Shown one piece after another: positions 55,621 to 64,000 of a DNA stretch of 64,000 nucleotides. Numbering within the stretch: the first letter of the stretch is position 1; every line of letters begins with the position of its first letter. The stretch is from the human T2T-CHM13v2.0 reference genome, Homo sapiens. The translations under genes and the position numbers were made by a program. Location of the stretch: assembly GCF_009914755.1 (NCBI RefSeq), contig NC_060926.1; one strand, written 5' to 3'. The notes under the pieces were generated by a model, which was given only the letters and a program-made list of their open reading frames with translations, did not search any database and was not told the DNA's origin.

Positions 55621-56659
55621 TGACTGTTTTTCTTGAAAGTGATGCTTTTTTTGAAAATCGCATGTGGTCATTCCATAACACTAAAACAGCCCAAGTGCAT
55701 TATGGGTTTTTTTCTTAGTCTTGATCAAGCATATTTTGCTACATTAGCATGAGATTGGTGGCTGCCCTTATTTATAGGTGTTCCCTGTTTTCTCTGTATT
55801 TCTCCATCATGGCATTCTAATCTCTGAATGGAAGATTTCCATCTAGCTGGACTGGACATGAGCTTTTGGATGTGTCTGTGCAATGCATTGGCTTTCATTC
55901 ATGAGACTAGGTACTATTGTCTATTGTGTTTGGGTGTGAATGTGTATGTAGGAGGTAGAATGGGAAAGTAGTTGCTCCAAAAACCTGGAAGTAGTATAAC
56001 ATTATTTCATTGACCATTTGTTAATATGTAGTAATTTCCAGTTGCTGTAGTGCTACTGTGGTTGAGATAGAAATATATGAGGCATAATCCTTAGTTCAGG
56101 ACACTACGGTTATATATCTGCAATTTGAAAAACCAAGTTTACCAGGCTTTATTTTTGCAGAAGACTTTTAATTTTTCGTGACTCAATCAAGCTTTAGACA
56201 TTATATTTAAAATTAATAGATTTTAAATGAAAGGGCAAAAATTAGGCAGTGGAAAATGAAACTCTCCTGAGCACTTCCATGTTTTTCTAAAATAAGAACA
56301 GATTTTTAGATAAACTGTCCTTTCCTGAGGCCAATTCAGGATTTTTTTTTTTTTTTTGGCACCCAACATTACTTAGTATTGCACATCAATGGCAGTTTCT
56401 CTGAAACTTTTCTCAATTTCTTACTGAAATACTGCTACACTTTGGTGATTTTAAAACTCCAATATGTACTTCATGTCAAATTATATCAATGCAATGAAGT
56501 TAGACACATTCATCAAAAGTTTTAAGAATATCAACACAGTAAAGATAAGTCATGAATTTAAATTTGTGATTAAATATTATCAGAGGAGCCAAATGGTATT
56601 TCCAGTTAATAATCCTCAGGCAGAATTTTCAATAGACAAGTTGTCTCTACTAAGAGGCT

Positions 56660-56855
56660 GCATGATGAATGAAATGAACAGAATATAGAACTTGAGTCTG
56701 TTTGAGTTCAAGGTCTTACAATTACCAAGTATATGAATTGGCAAAGGAATCATTAAACTCTCAAAGTTACCTCTAGTGTTACTTTAAAGTTCATGATAAA
56801 AATGAATAAATATTTGTGAATTACTTTCAGAAGTGCTAAATATTTTATTGCTATT
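56660..56855 (+). mobile_element. MIR fragment
   Basis: tttgagttcaa, ttggcaaa...aaactctc, aagtgctaaa. Confidence 0.45.
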
Positions 56856-57139
56856 TTAATTGCCTCAGTATAATTTTCATCGATTTTAAAATGATGAGTC
56901 CTACGTATAAAGGTGGGCTTAAATAGGAGGGAGGTCTGACTGGTTTAGTTGGAATAAAATTATCATTGCTTATAAAATTAACATGTAATATAAATTGTCA
57001 TTGAATGAAATGGTGAATAACAGTGAATGTGTTCTTAAAGCAGTAAAAGAAGTGATTAATTTAATTGTTCTCTACTATTCCCAAAAAGAAGTATATCAGA
57101 AATGATTGCAGGAAGCATTAATTTTTACCTTAATTAGAT

Positions 57140-57350
57140 ATATTGAGGATGCAAAAATTTCTGAGAGAAGATCTTATGTTTTCTCACCACAAAAATGAAA
57201 ATTATGCAAGGTAATGCATATATTGATTAGCTTGATATAGTCAGTCCACAACGGATATGCGTTTCAAAACATTATGGTGTAGATTATATATATAATTATA
57301 TTTTATCCGTACAATTATATATAATTTTATATGTCAATTAAAAAATAAAC
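57140..57350 (+). mobile_element. L1MA-type 3' end
   Basis: ttctcaccacaaaaatga...aggtaatgcatat...ttagcttgat...tgtcaattaaaaaataaa. Confidence 0.75.
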
Positions 57351-58239
57351 TCAATGGTAAGAAAACATTTTTTATTTTACATTTTCACTTTCTAAATTCT
57401 AAAGAAAATTTCTTTGGCTAGTCTTACAAAACAACAGAAGAGTTAAGATTTAAAAACCTTAAAAATTAATGAGACTCATTTTATTCCTTAAGGGTATCGT
57501 GTGTTTTGTGTTACTGATGACAAGGATAGGGTGCAGAAAATTCACCTTGTATATAATTTCATTTGAAAAGCATTTCTGTTGGGGGCTGGCCATAAAGAGA
57601 CCAGTTGTCACCAAAAGATTATTTAGTTGGAGAATACAATGATATACAATAGATGAATATCGATCTTTAGGTAAAGAGGATAATCCAAAGCCACAAAAAA
57701 GGAAATTAAAAGAAATTAGAAGGATAAAGGGCAGGTTAGTGGAACAGAATTTGAGCATTAAAAACAGTGGTCTATTTTATAACTGTGTACTACACCATCA
57801 CTTATATGTGAATGACCCTATAAGTTAGTCTAGTTCTCTCTGGAGTGTTCCATATCTGTATGGAATTACTTGCTAGGCATCTACAACATGAAGCCAAGGG
57901 AACTTCATTCATTTTCAGAACTGACATCATTATCTCACTCCCATAACCTACTCTGCATCCTGCATTAACTAGCTTTGTAAATTTCACCAGTTATTTATTC
58001 AATAAATAGTTATTGATCACTAAATTATGCTAGGCACTCTGGTAAACTTACAAATAGTAGGTTATTAAGATAAGTGAATTTGCAAGTTCACTTAAGAGCT
58101 TAACAGGTTACATACACCATGCTGTACTTGGGAAGTGAGAAGACAGAAAGTCATTTTATTTGCTTTATTTTCATCATCTGCAGAATTCAATTAGGCTACA
58201 GGTTCTTTAATATTTGTTAATTAAATTAAAAAACACTTA

Positions 58240-59015
58240 TAATTTGATAGGTACCTATCTCCTTCTTTGTTTACCATTATTTCCTTCAGGTCACCATTGA
58301 CTCTCACCTAGGTGACTACAACAATCTCCACACTGATCACCCTGTTTTTATTATTAAAACCTCCAAATAGCTCTGCCTTCTTATTGTTAAAATAATCTTT
58401 CTGTCATAAAAATACTGTTATGCCACAACACTGCCTAAAATCATTAAATAGCTCTCCATTAACAAGATTAGGTCTTAAATTCTTTTGTTGGACAAAAATG
58501 ATCTTGCCTATCAAATTAGTACTAATGCTCAATCTATACTTTACAGAAATATCAAGTTACTTGTTCAAAAACACAGTTGTATTTATTTCTCCCATATCTT
58601 GAATTTTCCATATGTTTTTGCCTCTTCTCAGAATTCTATCTTCAGGTCTTCATATCTGGGCAAAATGTCTTCAACTTTCAAGTCTCAGATTGAAAGTCTT
58701 TGGATTTTGAAGCCTTCCTATATTCTGCCAGAAAAATTATTATACTGTTTCCTCTACTTTCTCTATCTCATTTACTGGCTCTTACGCATTTTTTTTTAAA
58801 AAGATTGTTTATTCTTCTGTCTACTAAGTAGCCTGTATCATGATTCACTCATTTATTTTCTTCACTTTCTATACTTTTCCATTTGTCTGAAATGTATTTG
58901 GAGTGATCAACTTTCTCATGTCTTGAGATAAAAAATTATACAGGCCTTTGTGTATCTCCAGTTCATAGCACAGTGCTTGATATATGTAAGGTGCAAATAA
59001 AACACTTTTGAAATA
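58240..59015 (+). mobile_element. L2 fragment, 3' part
   Basis: tctcacctagg...acaatctcc, tcaagtctcag, tagcacagtgcttga...aaataaa. Confidence 0.6.
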
Positions 59016-59250
59016 AAATAGAAAAGGACAGAAAGAATGAAAAAATGTAAGATAAAACCCTCAGATCTAGAGAGTCAGTAATACTTTAAATATTAATAAC
59101 TCAAAATATAACACCTACTGAGGGTTTATTACATATTTTTGGTCACTAGCAACTGATATCATATGACTAGTAATTATTAGAGTGAAAATCTGAATATGAG
59201 CAACCTGAGCTGAGAATGATATATGTAATAGAAATGAATATACTTGTTGA

Positions 59251-59254
<4 letters not shown>

Positions 59255-59284
<30 letters not shown>
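59255..59284. repeat. (TG)n microsatellite
   Basis: Direct reading. Confidence 0.95.
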
Positions 59285-59286
<2 letters not shown>

Positions 59287-60124
59287 AACTCTAAAAGTGG
59301 CCTTTAGTTGGTTTGGTTTGTTTTGTCATTCGTCTGATTTCCTTGAAAATAATAATCTGTATAGTTTACTAATTAAACCTTAGTGATCATCCTTGATGAC
59401 AAAAGATAAATGATGAAAGAGAATCATCAGATGTTGTGATCTATGATTTTTTTCAGGCCTCTCCCAGATGTCTTGCCTTTGTAAGTTCAATTCATCTTCC
59501 TAAGAAATCATTGAGGGAGGAATCACGACTCCCATCTCACAGATGGAAGTGGGTGGAGGCCCAAATAAGAACACCTACCTAGCATTTACATCTGTTTTGT
59601 GGGCCAGAAAACACACATTGGTCTAAGGCCTTATGGCATAAGAAGAAGGAGTCACTCTTAAGTGCATTAAGTAGCCTAGGTGATACAGGAGAAATTGCTT
59701 TAAGAAATTTTCATGGCGAAGCATTACAGAACCATCCAACAATCTTTAGCATGAGTTTACTTTCTTCCCCAATGAAAACAGTCAGAATTCGGCAAATTAA
59801 GCATTCTTAATGGTGGCATATTTCTGGATGATTTACGAGTGTCTTTTAAGAAATAATATGGCATATATTTGAATCCAATAATAGACACATGTTTCATCTT
59901 GATTAACTGATTCTACCCAGAAGGAATAAAAATGACTATAATAAGCTGACTACCCAATGCAGCAATAAATCTCAGGCTTAGCCATAATGCAGAACTAACA
60001 AATGAAGCACCATTCTTTACATCCCCATGATATTAGAATGTAATAAGAACATTTTCTCTCTGTAATGTGGCTTAGCATGGAATGAATGTGATGAAACCTA
60101 CTGCCTCTGTGCTTTAGAAACTGG

Positions 60125-60320
60125 TCATCTAGTCAATGAATTCTTACTGACTACTACTTTGTGCCAAACTCTGTGTAAGAATCAGGGGACACAAAGGCAA
60201 TGAGCATGGCCACTTCCCTCTCAGGAGCTCACAGTTTAGTGAAGAAGAAAAGAAGTTAGGCAAGGAAATAAATCACAGTGTTAACGATTGTCATAGAGGT
60301 AGACAACATCATGAAAACAC
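60125..60320 (-). mobile_element. L2 3' end
   Basis: ctactttgtgccaaactctgtg...ggggacaca...ggagctcacagtttagt. Confidence 0.65.
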
Positions 60321-60624
60321 AGATTAGTAAGCCCTTTTCGTATCACTCACTAGGCACCATCCTTTATAGGGTATCTTATTTTTGCTTGCTGTAATTCACA
60401 GCGAAATTATGCAAAGTAAGTATAATTCCATAATTCTCAAATAAGAACATTGGGACTTGGATTAAACAGTTGGAGAAGCTGGGATTTAAACCAATCTATG
60501 TAGCTTCAAAAATGAATTTTTAGGGGGCACACTGCCTCTCAGGAACCAATTCATAAGTCTCATGTTTACAATGTACTTTCGCACATATTATAGTATCATT
60601 TCTAAGTTTTAATACTGTGGTCAT

Positions 60625-61045
60625 GTTACTACCAACTCCTCCACTCTATATCTTTGTGACTTTGGCTGTGTTACTAAACATCTCCGTGCTTCAGTTTCCT
60701 CATTTGTAAAATATGGATAATAACAGTAGCTACTTCATAGTGTTGTTGGAGAGAATAAATGAATTATCTGTTGTAGATCAGAGGTTGGGAAACATTGTTT
60801 TGTAAAGGGCCAGAGGGTAATACTTTGGGATTTGCTGGTGATATCATCTCTGTAACATCTATTCTGTTCTGCTGTTGTAGCACAAGATTAGCAATAGACA
60901 GTCTGCCTATTGGGTGTTGTTATATTGCAATGAAACTTTATTTGCAAAAACAAGTAGGGGGCCGAATTCAGCCTTTGGGTCTTAGTTTGCCATATCCTGC
61001 TATAAAGTATATGCTGAATAAGTATTAGCTAATATTATTATTACT
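60625..61045 (+). mobile_element. MIR interrupted by MER58A
   Basis: tgtgactttgg...cttcagtttcctcatttgtaaaat before the MER58A; tgctgaataagtattagcta...ttattatt after it. Confidence 0.7.
60779..60999 (-). mobile_element. MER58A (hAT-Charlie) MITE
   Basis: cagaggttgggaaac...tgtaaagggccaga...aaactttatttgcaaaaaca...tagtttgccatatcctg. Confidence 0.85.
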
Positions 61046-61195
61046 AATATTAATTTTAAGCTAGAAAAACTGAGATGCTAAGTGCCTTATCCAGAGTCAA
61101 ACATGTTGTATATTTATTAGGGCAGAAGCTAGTATCCAGTCTTCCAAATTCAAATCCAGTGGTATCTCCTTAAAAATCCCTTCAAGAGTATTTGC

Positions 61196-61250
61196 ACATG
61201 TACCCTAAAACTTAAAGTATAATAATAATAAAAGAAAGAAAGAAAAAAAA
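61196..61250 (+). mobile_element. Very short young L1PA 3'-end insertion
   Basis: acatgtaccctaaaacttaaagtataataataata plus A-tail; perfect TSD AAGAGTATTTGC at 61184-61195 and 61251-61262. Confidence 0.93.
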
Positions 61251-62929
61251 AAGAGTATTTGCTAACTCCAGTGACCTTTCTGATGTGTCTGTTGAGTGTA
61301 TCTCAACATCACAGTACGTTTCATGAGGAATAAGTGCATCTTTTCCATTTCAGGCCCCAAGTACTTACTTACTGAGGTAGAAGAATAGGGGTTTTAGATG
61401 GAATAACTAACATATTGATAATGAAAGTAGGATCCTTGATTTTTGCTGTCTCTGGAGATGGCTATTCAGAAGAACTATAAACAAAGTTATTGTTATAGCT
61501 TTGACTTTCATTTGCAATTAATCTTCAATTAATATATCATCAAGTAAGCATAACCTGGACATTCTGACCTTTCCTGCTTCTAAGACTCTAAACTTTGTGG
61601 GAAATGCTTGAAACCTCCGTTGATCTTTTGTTATTTTACCCTCTTTCAAGATGTGTTACAAACCCCACTACTGCAGGCATGCCTGGCCATTCCTGGGAGC
61701 ACTGATGTCAATTATTGCTCTGATACTGTTGACTCTTTCACATTTAGTTTTACTATTTACAAAGCCCCTAAGGCCTTTTAAGTACTTTATCTCTTAGACA
61801 TAACTCACTCTATCAAGGTTAGTTATTTTATGCAGATTCCAGGGCCTCAAATGATAGAATGGAACAGGGTCTGGATTTGCCTCTAAATATTTCTGGGATC
61901 AAATCCAGACTGCATGCAATTAACTCTATAACCATGGGCAATTTGGAGGACTTCTCTGATCTTGCTTCTTTGTCTCTAAAGTTGAAATAATACGTATGTT
62001 TTAGTGTTAAGAATGCATAAGACAAATGCTAAGAAACTCCAGTATGCTTGCAGCCTACTTTTTTTCTCACCATATATTCCTTTTTTTTTCTACTTTGTTT
62101 TCTTAACCTGCCTTGCTGAGGGTAAGCCTTTGGAATTTGTTCATTGATGAATACATTACTAGAGAATTGGTCATCATTTGAAGAATTGGTATACTTCTTG
62201 ATGTTCATTTAAAAGTGAGTTTTAAAAAACTTTTTTTATATACTTTGTCTATTTTAGCCAAAATAATTTGGTTTTGTTTTACATATATTTTAAGATAAAT
62301 TTTAAAATTCATTCTATTTTCTTGATACCATGCAATTTTTATACATATCATTTTATGTACAGCAAACCTGTATTGTTTGAGTCTTTATGACTAAATAAAT
62401 AGATTCCCCAAGTTCATCTATTCTATTTATTTATTGTTGCGCATTTTCAAAGTAATTTTACATCTGCCTTCAGAAAGAGTCATGAACCAAGACAAGGACC
62501 TATCAATCAGATTTTGTCACAAGGAAATACACTGATGGAATTATAGTGATTATGGAACCATGCACTGTAAAAGTAGAACTTGGGTCTTCTGACTCTCAGT
62601 TCCTAAAATATGCCACTATCTGTTGTCACTGTAGGCACAAGTCAAGGAAAACCTAAAGAAGGGAAAGCAGGAGATATGCGTTGCAAAGATAAGAGCTGGG
62701 CTAAGTGATATGTATGATGAAATTCGGTTTTCAAGCCCCACCCCATACTGAGCAGCTTCAGTTTTCCTGAGGTGATACATTTTGAGATCAAAGATAGGAT
62801 ATTTGAAGAAAGCACAACTAAGAAATACAGATTTCAGACAGGTAGATCATTTTGTTACATTTTACTACAAATTATATAACTGCTTCACTTCAGAAACACA
62901 GACATCAATTCCCACTGACACCTGAGAGC

Positions 62930-63165
62930 TACTTCTAATATGAAGAAATATTGCTAACATGTGAATTTATATGCCAACATTGTCTTACTCCTTGAGACAG
63001 GTATTATTATTATTATCCTTTCTTTATAGATAATCAAATTGAGACATAAATAGTTTAAATGAGTTTCCCAGGATTATATCTGGATCTGGTAGCTGATATA
63101 ACTGGGATTTGAACATAAACATTCTATCTCTTGGGCCGGTGGCCTTAGCTACTACAATATTCTAA
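62930..63165 (-). mobile_element. MIR SINE
   Basis: aggtattattattattatcc...aaattgagaca...tttccca...ctgggatttgaac. Confidence 0.7.
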
Positions 63166-63854
63166 TCCTCTAGTAAGGTCCTTTGTTATTCAGAATATTT
63201 AATTATCTGTTGCTGGATTTTTGACTTGTTAAATTACTTAGTAGACAGTGAGTCTCTAAACTATGCTCTCTTTTTCCAAATAGCTGAGAGTCTCCCAGTT
63301 AGCTTAGGTCTCTGTGAAGAGATAATGGTCTCTCACAGAGGAAATGGTGTTAAATGTAGTAAGCTAGCATTTATAAGTTGGAAGGAAAGTGTTCATATTA
63401 CTTCCATATCCTTCTAAAAATGATCAAACTGCTTGAATGGATATGGCTGAAGGCACTGAAAGAAAAATGACATATAGGAAAGCAACCTAGCTTCATAGGA
63501 CATGGTGTCATCAGGTGTTTTAGCTTTGTGACTTCACTATGTTATGTGATCCTAGGCCTCAGAGCAGGAACAGGGCTGTGGAAGCCGATTGGGTGGGGGT
63601 GTCTATTCTGGGTTTCAATTACTTCTCTTTCAGTCCTAAAATTTTTGAAATAACAGAGTTTATTTCTTCAAATGTATAATGGCGATAATAATGGAGTGTT
63701 TGAATTGATAAAAGAAAACTGTCTGTTACAGATATCTGTGCCTGGCATTTATTAGGTGGTTGATAATGTTGTATATACATGCATAGATATAATATACACA
63801 TATTCTCAAACTTCTCCAGGAGGTAAAACAGGCTCCACTCAATTGATGGTTAAA

Positions 63855-64000
63855 ACCAGGAGTGCTAGCATCAAACTAACCCGGGTTTGGAGCTTGGTTC
63901 TTCCACTGTCTATTTGTGTGACATTGGGCCAGTTATTCATCCACTCCTATTTTAAGATGAGGAAATTAATATCACTTACCACCTTCACCATCAAATGAAA
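63855..64000 (+). mobile_element. MIR SINE, runs off the window
   Basis: ttccact...tgtgtgacattgggccagttatt. Confidence 0.6.

Overview
AT-rich, CpG-poor primate (human-like) non-coding DNA, intronic or intergenic, dominated by interspersed repeats: Alu/FLAM, L1 of several ages, L2, MIR, MaLR/ERVL/ERV1 LTRs, Tigger1 and MER DNA transposon relics, and microsatellites. I found no intact protein-coding gene, RNA gene or prokaryote-type system. The only ORFs with recognisable protein content are frameshifted LINE-1 ORF2 pieces (33.1-34.7 kb) and a short ERVL gag remnant (21.6-22.1 kb). I do not see evidence for a new biological system. The structures most worth following up are: (1) a TSD-flanked L1MA whose 5' UTR is fused directly to its 3' end; (2) a twin-primed inverted L1 carrying an internal CC(AT)n tandem array; (3) a ~55 bp L1 insertion with a perfect 12 bp TSD; (4) an L1PA3-like insertion with no TSD next to a half LTR, possibly an insertion-associated deletion; (5) a compact IRF/E-box/ISRE motif cluster in unique sequence at ~2.4 kb. 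Repeat family names come from recalled consensus sequences, not a database search, and boundaries of old repeats are approximate.
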